A stretch of 50,505 bases of DNA from Myxococcota bacterium (GTDB lineage Bacteria; Myxococcota_A; UBA796; SXON01). The stretch lies in assembly GCA_040386535.1 (NCBI GenBank), contig JAZKFH010000008.1:263102-313606 (forward strand). The letters run 5' to 3'. Under the pieces are notes generated by a model. That model saw nothing but the letters and a program-made list of their open reading frames with translations. It made no database searches and was not told the DNA's origin. Below are positions 9,697 through 18,491 of the stretch, piece after piece (the stretch's first letter is position 1; each line of letters starts with the position of its first letter). Both the position numbers and the translations under genes were made by a program.

Positions 9697-10971
9697 ATGC
9701 GCGCGCTCCTCCTGATGTTGTCTCTCGGCGCGTGCGCGGGGGGCCCCCCGGCGGGGTCCGAGGGTGGGCCCGACGGGGACGAGAAGGCCGAAGCCGAGCC
9801 GGATCCCCGCACCCTCGTGGAAGTGGCCGCGGTGGGGCGCGGCAGCGTGGGCGACCACCTCGGCGCCTCCGCGGTCGTGGAGTCGGAAGCCCAGGCTTCG
9901 CTCGTCCCGGAGACCCAGGGCATCGTGACCGGGATCTACGCGGAGGAGGGCGACACCGTCAAGAAGGGGCAGCTGCTCGCCGTCGTGGCGAGCCCGACCC
10001 TGGACGCCGCGTACCAGCGCGCGGGCGCGGAGCTCGAGCGTGCCACGGCGGACGCCGAGGCGGCGGAGCGGCTCTTCGGGCAAGGCGCCGTCAGCAAGAC
10101 CGAGGTCGACACCGCGCGGCGTGCGCTCGCCGCCGCCCGCACGGCAAACGAGGAGGCCAGCCGGACCAAGGGGTTCACGCGCCTGGAGAGCCCGATCGAC
10201 GGCACGGTGGCCGCCCGCACGCTCCGGTACGGTGAGCTCGCGGCGGGCCAGCCGGCTTTCACGATCGTCGACCTGACGCGGCTGCGCGTCATCGTGAACC
10301 TGCCCGAGCGGGATCTGAAGAGGGTGCGGGTGGGCCTGCCCGCCACGTTGACCAGCGCCTACGACGCGACCATCACCGGCGCTGGCGCGGTCGAGCGCGT
10401 GGCCCCGGTGGTCGATCCCGCGAGCGGCACGTTCCGGGTGACCGTGCGGCTCGGCGAGGGCGGGGACGGCGCGGTCTCTCCGCTCCGGCCCGGCCAGTTC
10501 GCCAGCGTGGAGATCGAGGTCGATCGCCATGAAGGCGTGCTCACCGCCCCCCGGCGGGCGCTCGTGTGGGAAGAGGGCAAGTCCTACGTCTTCCAGGTGG
10601 TGGAGACTACGAAGGAGGAGGAGGAGAAAGCCCTCGCGGGCGACAAGCCGAAGGACGAGCAGGAGAAGGAGGCCGAGGAGCCGGGCTTCTTCGCCAAGCT
10701 CTTCGGCGGCGGCGACGAGGAGAAGAAGGAGACCGAGCTCCCCGGCCCGTGGCGCAAGGCGAAGCGGGTCGAGGTGACCGTCGGGTACGAGGAGGGGGAG
10801 GTCGCCGAGCTCCTCTCGGGCGTGGACGAGGGCGCGAGCGTGGTCGTGGTGGGCAACCAGGCCCTCCGTGACGGCGCGCGCGTGCGCCTCCCCGGCGATC
10901 CGACCATCGCGGCGAAGGACGAGACCAAGCCCGAGGCCACCGGGGCCGCCACGGCCACCGAGGCCGGATGA
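9697..10971 (+). CDS. RND efflux periplasmic adaptor (membrane fusion protein), lipoprotein
   Basis: MRALLLMLSLGAC, GIVTGIYAEEGDTVKKGQLL, LESPIDGTV, VAPVVDPASGTFRV and LRPGQF. ATGA overlap with the downstream permease. Confidence 0.93.
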   Translation: MRALLLMLSLGACAGGPPAGSEGGPDGDEKAEAEPDPRTLVEVAAVGRGSVGDHLGASAVVESEAQASLVPETQGIVTGIYAEEGDTVKKGQLLAVVASPTLDAAYQRAGAELERATADAEAAERLFGQGAVSKTEVDTARRALAAARTANEEASRTKGFTRLESPIDGTVAARTLRYGELAAGQPAFTIVDLTRLRVIVNLPERDLKRVRVGLPATLTSAYDATITGAGAVERVAPVVDPASGTFRVTVRLGEGGDGAVSPLRPGQFASVEIEVDRHEGVLTAPRRALVWEEGKSYVFQVVETTKEEEEKALAGDKPKDEQEKEAEEPGFFAKLFGGGDEEKKETELPGPWRKAKRVEVTVGYEEGEVAELLSGVDEGASVVVVGNQALRDGARVRLPGDPTIAAKDETKPEATGAATATEAG

Positions 10972-13900
10972 GCGAGCCCAGCGGATCCGGCGGCGGATCG
11001 TCCTTCTACGCGTGGATCGTCGAGCACCCGGTGGCGGTGTGGATGGTCACCATCGCGGCGTGTGTGTTCGGGCTCGTGAGCTACGCCCAGCTCCCGCTCA
11101 ACCTCATGCCGGACATCTCGTACCCGACCCTCACCGTGCGCACCGAGTACGCGGGGGCGGCGCCCGAGGAGGTCGAGGCGCAGATCAGCCGGCCGCTCGA
11201 AGAGGCCCTCTCCACGGTCGAGGGGCTGGTCGAGATCGAGAGCCGCAGCCGCGCGGGCATCGCCGACGTGGTGCTCGAGTTCGACTGGGACACCCCGATG
11301 AACGGCGCCTCGCAGGACGTGCGCGAGCGCCTGCAGACGACCTTCCTGCCCGACGGTGCCGGCCGGCCGCTGATCCTGCGCTACGACCCCTCGCTCGATC
11401 CCATCCTGCGCGTGGCCGTCTCGGGCAGCACGGATCTGCTGACGTTGCGCGACTTCGCCGAGCGTGAGCTCAAGCGCGACCTCGAGGCGATCGACGGCGT
11501 GGCGGCGGTCACCGTGCGCGGCGGGCTCGAGCGGCTCGTGCTCGTGGAGCCGCGGGAGGACTGGCTCGCGGCCCGCGGTGTCACACTCACGCAGCTCACG
11601 TCGCTGCTCGCGGCGGAGAACGTGAACGTGGCGGGCGGCATCGTGCGCGAGGGGGAGAACGAGTACCTCATCCGCACGCTGAACGAGTTCTCCACGCTCG
11701 ACGAGGTGCGGGCGCTCGCGGTGGTCCGGGGGGACGGCGTGCGCGTGCCCGTCGGCGAGATCGCCGTCGTGAGCGAGGGTTCGGCCGACCCCGAGGTGGT
11801 CGCGCACATGGACGGCACGGTGGCCGTGGAGCTCGAGGTCTTCAAGGAGGCCGACGCGAACATCGTGACCGTCGCGCGCACGGTCAAGGCGGCGATCGAG
11901 GCGACCGAGCTCCCCGAGGGGTTCGCGACGCGCGTGCTCGACGATCAGGCCCGCTTCATCGAGTCCTCGTTGGCGAACCTGTTCAAGGACGGCGTCCTCG
12001 GCGGCCTGCTCGCGGTGTTGATCACCTTCGTGTTCCTGCGCGACTGGGGCACCACGGCGATCATCTCCACCGCCATCCCGATCTCGCTGCTGTGCACGTT
12101 CGCGGTCATGTACCTGGGCGGCACGTCGCTCAACCTGATGTCGCTCGGCGGGCTCGCGCTCGGCGTGAGCATGGTCATCGACTCGGGCACCGTGGTGCTG
12201 GAGAGCATCCAGAACCACCGGGATGCCGGCAAGTCGAAGAAGCAGGCGGCGATCGACGGCACCACCGAGGTGGCGACCGCGGTGTTCGCCTCGGTGCTCA
12301 CCGGCATGGCGGTGTTCTTCCCCATCGTCTTCGTCGAGGGCATCGCCGGCCAGATCTTCGGCGACCTCGCGCTCACCGTCGTCTTCTCGTTGGCGGCCAG
12401 CCTCGTCGTCGCGCTCGTGTTCATCCCGATGCTCGCCTCGCGCGAGATCGTGGTGGAGGCCCCGCCCGTCCGCGCGCTCGACATCCCCTCGTCGGGACCG
12501 CGGGTGGCGCTCGCCACGTTGCGGGAGCGCCGCGCGTGGTGGAAATGGCCCTGGGCGCTGGGCCGGTTCGTGCTGCACGCGCTGTTCTCCGCCCTCGGCA
12601 TCGTGTTCGCCGTGCTCTCGGCGTGGTCCGTGCGGCTCGGCTTCGCGTCGGTCGCCGCGGTGTTCGGCCTCTTCAACCGGGTGTCGTTGTGGTTCGCCGA
12701 CGCGTTCCTCGCGGTCTACGCGCGTGTCGAGACCTGGTTCGCGCGGTGGCTCGGTGGTGCGCTACGGCGGCCCGCGCTGGTGTTGTTCTTCGGCGCGGCG
12801 TCGTTCGTCGTCGGCCTCGCGCTCTTCGGCCAGGTGGGCGCGGAGCTGGTGCCCACCGTGCACCAGGGGCGCTTCACCATCGAGGCCGCGCTGCCCGTCG
12901 GCACGCCGCTCGCGAAGACCGTCGCGACCATCGACCAGGTGGAGCGCGAGATCCGCGGGCTCGACGGGATCGAGAGCCTCTACACCGTCGTCGGCACCGA
13001 GCGCCGCGCGGACAGCAAGCCCGACGAGGGCGAGAACACCGCGCGCCTGCTGATCGAGATGACGCCCGGCGGCGATCTGGAGGTCCGTGAGGCCGCGCTC
13101 ATGGCGGCGCTGCGTGAGCGGCTCGACACCTTCCCCCGCCTCGAGACCCGCTTCCGGCGCCCGGCGCTCTTCAGCTTCCGCACCCCCATCGAGGTGGTGC
13201 TGCACGGGCACGATCTCGACACGCTGCGGGCGGCCTCTGCCGCGGGGCTGGGCGCGCTCGAGCAGGTCGAGGGTCTGACCGACCTGCGGAGCTCCCTCAC
13301 GCGCGGCTATCCCGAGGTGCGGGTGCGCTACGACCGCGCGCGGCTCGACTCGCTCGGCCTCGGCGTGGGCTCGGTGGCCCAGGCGGTGCGGGCCAAGGTG
13401 CAGGGAGAGCGGGCCACGCGCCTGTCCCGCGGCGAGCGGCGCGTCGATCTGCTCGTGCGCATCGACGAGTCCGACCGTGACTCGATCTCCGCGCTCGGCG
13501 CCATCAACGTGAACCCGGCGCTCGTCCCCATGATCCGGCTCGACGCGGTGGCCTCGGTCGAGGAGGGCGAGGGTCCCTCGGAGATCCGCCGCATCGATCA
13601 GCAGCGCGCCGTCGTGCTCTCGGCGAACCTCGCCGGGTTCGACCTGGGCGGCGCGGGGGAGGCGGTCGAGTCCGCCCTGCGCGGCACGTCGCTCCCGCAC
13701 GGCGTGGAGTTCGAGATCGGCGGGCAGAACCGGGAGCTCGAACGCTCGATGGGCTCGCTCCAACTCGCGCTCGGCCTCGCGGTGTTCCTCGTGTACGTCA
13801 TCATGGCGAGCACGTTCGAGAGCATCCGCGATCCGCTGGTGATCCTGTTCTCCGTGCCCCTCGCGCTGGTCGGCGTCTCCGCCGGGCTATGGCTCACCGC

Positions 13901-14282
13901 CACCCCGGTGAGCGTGGTCGTGTTCATCGGCCTGATCGTGCTGGCGGGCATCGTCGTCGCGAACGCGATTGTGCTGGTAGACGCCGCGAACCGCCTGCGC
14001 GACGAGGGGCGGACGGTGCAGGAGGCCATCCAGGAGGCGGCGGCGGTGCGGCTCCGGCCCATCCTCATCACGGCGCTCAACTCCGTGATCGGCCTGTTGC
14101 CGCTCGCGGTGGGCTTCGGCGAGGGCGCCGAGATCCAGCGGCCGCTCGCCATCACGGTGATCTTCGGGCTCGCGAGCTCCACGTTCCTCACGCTGGTCGT
14201 GATCCCGGTCGTCTACCGGATGATGACGGGGCGGCGGGCGAACGAGGCGCGGGTGGCGGTGGCGCATCCGGTGTTGGAGTAG
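10968..14282 (+). CDS. RND efflux permease (AcrB/AcrD/AcrF family), subunit 1
   Basis: 1104 aa. PDISYP, GAAPEEVE, SLNLMSLGGL, GQIFGDLALT, FES..DPLVILFSVPLA and RLRPILIT. Confidence 0.95.
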   Translation: MSEPSGSGGGSSFYAWIVEHPVAVWMVTIAACVFGLVSYAQLPLNLMPDISYPTLTVRTEYAGAAPEEVEAQISRPLEEALSTVEGLVEIESRSRAGIADVVLEFDWDTPMNGASQDVRERLQTTFLPDGAGRPLILRYDPSLDPILRVAVSGSTDLLTLRDFAERELKRDLEAIDGVAAVTVRGGLERLVLVEPREDWLAARGVTLTQLTSLLAAENVNVAGGIVREGENEYLIRTLNEFSTLDEVRALAVVRGDGVRVPVGEIAVVSEGSADPEVVAHMDGTVAVELEVFKEADANIVTVARTVKAAIEATELPEGFATRVLDDQARFIESSLANLFKDGVLGGLLAVLITFVFLRDWGTTAIISTAIPISLLCTFAVMYLGGTSLNLMSLGGLALGVSMVIDSGTVVLESIQNHRDAGKSKKQAAIDGTTEVATAVFASVLTGMAVFFPIVFVEGIAGQIFGDLALTVVFSLAASLVVALVFIPMLASREIVVEAPPVRALDIPSSGPRVALATLRERRAWWKWPWALGRFVLHALFSALGIVFAVLSAWSVRLGFASVAAVFGLFNRVSLWFADAFLAVYARVETWFARWLGGALRRPALVLFFGAASFVVGLALFGQVGAELVPTVHQGRFTIEAALPVGTPLAKTVATIDQVEREIRGLDGIESLYTVVGTERRADSKPDEGENTARLLIEMTPGGDLEVREAALMAALRERLDTFPRLETRFRRPALFSFRTPIEVVLHGHDLDTLRAASAAGLGALEQVEGLTDLRSSLTRGYPEVRVRYDRARLDSLGLGVGSVAQAVRAKVQGERATRLSRGERRVDLLVRIDESDRDSISALGAINVNPALVPMIRLDAVASVEEGEGPSEIRRIDQQRAVVLSANLAGFDLGGAGEAVESALRGTSLPHGVEFEIGGQNRELERSMGSLQLALGLAVFLVYVIMASTFESIRDPLVILFSVPLALVGVSAGLWLTATPVSVVVFIGLIVLAGIVVANAIVLVDAANRLRDEGRTVQEAIQEAAAVRLRPILITALNSVIGLLPLAVGFGEGAEIQRPLAITVIFGLASSTFLTLVVIPVVYRMMTGRRANEARVAVAHPVLE

Positions 14283-14291
14283 AGTCCTCGG

Positions 14292-15131
14292 ATGTGGTGG
14301 TTTCCCCTCGTGGTCGGGGGCTTCGGCTGTACCCCGTGCGAGCTCGCGCTTGCGGTGGATCCGTATTCGAACGCTTGGGAGCGATCCGTCGAGGACGTGG
14401 GCGCGCGCTTGGAGACGGACGGCGAGTGCCCCGACGTGGCGCCGGAGCGCGTCGTGATGACGAACGCCTGTGCGTACGCGGCAGACCCCGTCACGGTCGA
14501 TGCCATGGCCGCCTTCGTCTACGCGAGCCTCTGGCTCGAAGCCGATCCACCCGAACGAACGCTCTCCGTCCGTTTCTCGCCGAACGGGGGTGCGGTGGCC
14601 TGCGACGTGGGCGCCGACGACGCCTCCGTTTTCGGGGAGATGGGCAGCGATCTGTTGCTCGCGGACTTCCGGCTGGACGATGACGTCGCGGCGGCCGCGC
14701 CGTTCTTCGTGACCTCCGCGAGCGGTGTGGACCTCGAGATCACGCGGGCGGCCCCGATGGAGGATTTCTGGGTCGACCCCGAACGGGCGAGCGGCGTCTA
14801 CGGGTGGGTGTGTCTGGAGGCGGCGCCTGGGCCGGCGGAGATCGAGCGCTACGCTCCGGCGGCGTGGCGGGGCAGCGCGTTCGTCCACGGGGACGACCTG
14901 GACGGGGCTCCGGTGGACCTCTTCCTCGCCTTCGACAGCGTGGCCTGTGTCGGCGGCGAAGACGCCTCCACCCGCTACGGCCACACGGATGGCGACCCCT
15001 ACTTTCCAGGGGACTGCGACGGTGTGGACAACGACGCCGACGGGACGGTCGACGAAGGCGCGGCCGATCGCGACGAGGACGGGATCACCGACTGCCTGGC
15101 GGAGCGTGACACGGGGGAGGGAAGCCCGTAG
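14292..15131 (+). CDS. Hypothetical exported (lipo)protein with one C-terminal MopE-type motif
   Basis: N-terminus MWWFPLVVGGFGC, acidic composition, C-terminal DCDGVDNDADGTVDEG..DRDEDGITDC. Confidence 0.65.
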   Translation: MWWFPLVVGGFGCTPCELALAVDPYSNAWERSVEDVGARLETDGECPDVAPERVVMTNACAYAADPVTVDAMAAFVYASLWLEADPPERTLSVRFSPNGGAVACDVGADDASVFGEMGSDLLLADFRLDDDVAAAAPFFVTSASGVDLEITRAAPMEDFWVDPERASGVYGWVCLEAAPGPAEIERYAPAAWRGSAFVHGDDLDGAPVDLFLAFDSVACVGGEDASTRYGHTDGDPYFPGDCDGVDNDADGTVDEGAADRDEDGITDCLAERDTGEGSP

Positions 15132-15162
15132 CCGCGCAGCCGGCCCCGTCATAGGCCCGCGC

Positions 15163-15744
15163 ATGCGCCGTCTCTGCGTCTTCTGTGGGTCCGCCTCCGG
15201 GGTCCGCCCCGCCTACGCCGCCTCCGCCCATGCCCTCGCCGACAGCCTCGCCCGCCGCGGCATGGGCCTCGTGTACGGGGGCGGGAGCGTCGGCATCATG
15301 GGGATCCTGGCGGACGCCGCGATGGCGCGCGGCGTGCCGGTCGACGGGGTGATCCCCCGCCACCTGGAGGAGCGCGAAGTCGGCCACAAGTCGCTCACCC
15401 GCCTGCACGTGGTGGAGAGCATGCACGAGCGCAAGGCGCTGATGGCCGAGCTCTCCGACGGGTTCATCGCGCTCCCGGGTGGCATCGGCACGCTGGAGGA
15501 GCTGTTCGAGGTCTACACGTGGGGCCAGCTGGGGCTCCACGCCAAGCCGGTCGCGCTGCTCGACGTCGACGCGTACTACGCGCCGCTCGTGCAGTTCCTC
15601 GACCACGGCACCGCCGAGGGGTTCCTGCGCCCCGAGCACCGCGCGTTCCTCCTCTCGGGCACCGAGATCGACCCGCTGCTGGACGCGATGATCGCGTGGA
15701 AGCCGCCCCTCGTCGCGAAGTGGATGGAGCCGCGCCAGTCGTGA
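15163..15744 (+). CDS. LOG family (TIGR00730) Rossmann-fold nucleotide phosphoribohydrolase
   Basis: LCVFCGS, LVYGGGSVGIMG, MHERKALM and PGGIGTLEE. Confidence 0.95.
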   Translation: MRRLCVFCGSASGVRPAYAASAHALADSLARRGMGLVYGGGSVGIMGILADAAMARGVPVDGVIPRHLEEREVGHKSLTRLHVVESMHERKALMAELSDGFIALPGGIGTLEELFEVYTWGQLGLHAKPVALLDVDAYYAPLVQFLDHGTAEGFLRPEHRAFLLSGTEIDPLLDAMIAWKPPLVAKWMEPRQS

Positions 15745-15804
15745 CGGCGTTGGGAACCGTGGGGTGACCCGGTGCGTGGATTGAAGCGTACCGGAGCTTC
15801 CCCC

Positions 15805-16830
15805 ATGTTGATCTCCCTCCTCCTCGCGGCGTGCGCCGAGCCCGCGCCCACGCCACTCGGCCCCGCGGAGGACACCGGGACCCCGGACACCGAGTCGGAC
15901 ACCGATACGGACACGGATACCGACACGGACACCGATACGGATGACGGGGTGTGTCCCACCATAGCCGCGCCGACCTGCTCCGACGGCGGCGCGTTCGCCC
16001 AGTCGCCGCCCGACGGCTCGTTCAATGTCCCCACCCTCTCCCGGGTCGTGTTCGTCCTCGAGCGTCCGGATCCGTCCGCCGTCGCGAGCGTAGACGGCGT
16101 GCTCGGCACGTCGGTTTCGGCCGGCAACGCCGTCACCTTCACGCCCGATCAGCCCTTCGCGCCGCACCAGGACTACACCGCGCGGCTGTGCAGCTGCGCG
16201 GGAGAGGACCGGCTCTCGTTCCTGACTGCCGACGGCGACGAGGTCCGCGACGCGACGCTGCTCCTCGACCGTACGTGGGTCCTCGCGACCCCCGAGGGAA
16301 CCCTCGTCGACCCGGCGCCCTACGACTCCATGATGGCGGAGTACGGGGCCCAGCTGCTCGTGCAGACGCGAGAGGCCGATGCGGACGGGCTCAAGCTGCG
16401 CGTCGCCTGGTCGGAGCGCTCCGCGGAGACCCTGACGCAGTCCGCCATGGGGACCGAGGACGCGGAGCTCAGCTTCACCGGCAACCCGTCGTTCCGGGCC
16501 ACCGCGGACACGTGGGAATTCCAGGGGCTCGGAATCTACCCGTCGGAGGTGGTGGACGTGATGTTCGAGGGGACGTTCTCCGCGGACGGTGCGCGCATCG
16601 AGGACGGGCGCCTGTCCTTCATGGCCGACATCTCCGAGTGGGCCCTGGCGTTCGGATGGGAGGACGGCGCCGATCCCGCCGCCGTGTGCGCGATGCTCGA
16701 GACCTGGGAACAGCCCTGCGAGCCATGCTCGGAGACGCAGCCGTACTGCTGGCACTTTGCCTGGGAGGGGCTGGAGGGGGTGGAAGTGACGCCCTTCGAG
16801 CTTGACCGCATTCGGGCGTTCGCGCCGTAG
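15805..16830 (+). CDS. Hypothetical lipoprotein with (DT)n linker and probable Ig-like domain
   Basis: MLISLLLAAC, DTESDTDTDTDTDTDTDD, SPPDGSFNVP...VTFTPDQPFAPHQDYT (Big_5-like), and a Cys-rich C-terminus. Confidence 0.75.
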   Translation: MLISLLLAACAEPAPTPLGPAEDTGTPDTESDTDTDTDTDTDTDTDDGVCPTIAAPTCSDGGAFAQSPPDGSFNVPTLSRVVFVLERPDPSAVASVDGVLGTSVSAGNAVTFTPDQPFAPHQDYTARLCSCAGEDRLSFLTADGDEVRDATLLLDRTWVLATPEGTLVDPAPYDSMMAEYGAQLLVQTREADADGLKLRVAWSERSAETLTQSAMGTEDAELSFTGNPSFRATADTWEFQGLGIYPSEVVDVMFEGTFSADGARIEDGRLSFMADISEWALAFGWEDGADPAAVCAMLETWEQPCEPCSETQPYCWHFAWEGLEGVEVTPFELDRIRAFAP

Positions 16831-16939
16831 GATAGGCGGCCGTCTGCCCCGGTGGCCCACGTCCGCGCCTGCTCCTTCCCCCGCTCCCGCGCCCGCGCCC
16901 CATCGCCTGTCCCGCCTGCGGGCCCGCGGGCTGGCGATC

Positions 16940-17827
16940 GTGCGCTGGCTCCTCGGGGACATCACCGATCGCGTGCGCGAGGTCGACAGCGGCGCGCTCG
17001 TCGTGTGGGTGGCCTACGCCGCGGCGATCGGGATGTGGCTCGGCCTCCGGTTCCAGCCCAAGGGGGATCCGGTGCTGACCGGCAGCTGGCGCATGGTGGT
17101 GCACGGCGGCATCCCACTCGTGGCGGTGGCCCTCTGGGAGGTGCGCGAGTCGGTGCGCAAGGGCCCCAAGCCCTCGCCGGTGGCGGTCGGCTTCACCGTG
17201 GGCGGCATGGCGCTGGTGCTCGCGCCGATCGTGGCGCGTTTCACCGACGCGGGGCTGGCCGAGCAGGTGGCCCACTCGTTCAGGAACATGGCGGCGCCCG
17301 CGCTGGTGGGGGCCGGGCTGGTCCTCGCCGGGCTCCTGCTGGCGAAGCGGGACCTGACGAAGTGGGGGATGGGCCTGGGCGACTGGCGCTGGTGGTTGCC
17401 GCACCACGGCGTGCTCCTGGCGGCGCTCGTGCCCGTGCTCGTCGCCACCACCTGGCTCGTGGAGCCGCTCGCCCGCTACTACCCCACCAGCAAGGCCGCG
17501 CGCGCCTCGCTCGACGGCTTCGCGTGGTCCCACCTCGGCATCTGGCTCGACTTCATCGGCTGGGAGTTCCTGTTCCGCGGGTTCCTCCTCTTCGCGATGG
17601 CCCGCCGCGGCGACGCGTTGCTCGCCATCCTCCTGCACGCGTTCCCGTTCTTCCTCCTCCACGGCAACAAGCCGAACATCGAGCTCACGTCGAGCTTCGT
17701 CGGGGGCATCTTCGCGGGGTGGTTCTGCCTGCGCGCGGGCACGTTCCTGCCGCTCTACGTCATCCACGTCGTGATGATCACGACCGTCGGGTTCACGTCG
17801 TTCCTGATGCGGCACGGGCACTTGTAG
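16940..17827 (+). CDS. CPBP (CAAX/Abi) family intramembrane glutamic endopeptidase
   Basis: WEFLFRGFLL, PFFLLHGNKPNIE and YVIH within multiple TM segments. Start codon uncertain. Confidence 0.85.
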   Translation: MRWLLGDITDRVREVDSGALVVWVAYAAAIGMWLGLRFQPKGDPVLTGSWRMVVHGGIPLVAVALWEVRESVRKGPKPSPVAVGFTVGGMALVLAPIVARFTDAGLAEQVAHSFRNMAAPALVGAGLVLAGLLLAKRDLTKWGMGLGDWRWWLPHHGVLLAALVPVLVATTWLVEPLARYYPTSKAARASLDGFAWSHLGIWLDFIGWEFLFRGFLLFAMARRGDALLAILLHAFPFFLLHGNKPNIELTSSFVGGIFAGWFCLRAGTFLPLYVIHVVMITTVGFTSFLMRHGHL

Positions 17828-18404
17828 TCGCCACCGCCGCCTCGAACGCCGCCCACCCCGCCCCCGCCATCGGCCCCCCGTGGTGGGCCACGACGGTCCC
17901 GTCCGCCCCCACGAGCGTGACCTGCGGCACCCAGCGGTCCGCGAGGCCGAGCGCCGCGAAGAACGTGTCGTCGGGATCGGCCTCGCAGACGAGCACGGGC
18001 CACGAGAGGCCCGCCTGGCGCGCCCACGCCTCGGCCTGCTCGCCGCCCGCCCACTTCGCCGGGCGTTGCGCCATCCCCGCGATGCGGCCCATCGGGGCGG
18101 CGGTCAGCTCGTCCCACGCGACCGAGACGACGTCGAGGTGCGCGGCGTGGCGGGCGGCGAGGGCGACCATGGCGGGGAGGCCCGCGGTGGAGGGTTCGTC
18201 CCACGACGCCCAATGGTGCACGAGGATCGGGCGGCCGCGGGGCTGGATGCCCGCGAGGAGCCCCGGGAGGTCGACGAGCGAGATCCGTACGGGGCCGACG
18301 CCGCCGGACACCGGCAGCGCGCGCGGGGGCGGTTGCGACGGAGGGGGCGCGGTCGAGGGGCCCGCGGCCGCGGGGAGCAGGCGGCGGACGAGGCGGCGGA
18401 GCAT
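17793..18404 (-). CDS. TlpA/thioredoxin-fold protein lacking CxxC
   Basis: GRPILVHHWASWDEPSTAGLP, VVSVAWD and VPQVTLVGADGTVVAHHGG match the TlpA pattern, with CxxC replaced by DEPS. Confidence 0.75.
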   Translation of the reverse strand: MLRRLVRRLLPAAAGPSTAPPPSQPPPRALPVSGGVGPVRISLVDLPGLLAGIQPRGRPILVHHWASWDEPSTAGLPAMVALAARHAAHLDVVSVAWDELTAAPMGRIAGMAQRPAKWAGGEQAEAWARQAGLSWPVLVCEADPDDTFFAALGLADRWVPQVTLVGADGTVVAHHGGPMAGAGWAAFEAAVATTSARAASGTT

Positions 18405-18491
18405 GGCCCCGGCTCTATCTCCGTCGCACGATGTCGCAGTCGTCCCCCCGCGCGGGTCACGGCTTGTCCCGCCGCGTTACCCGCACGGCGC

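Noticed and set aside
15886..15945. GACACC/GATACG hexamer run as a phase-variable SSR
   Set aside because: It is an in-frame (Asp-Thr)n linker with synonymous variation, so slippage would not shift the frame.
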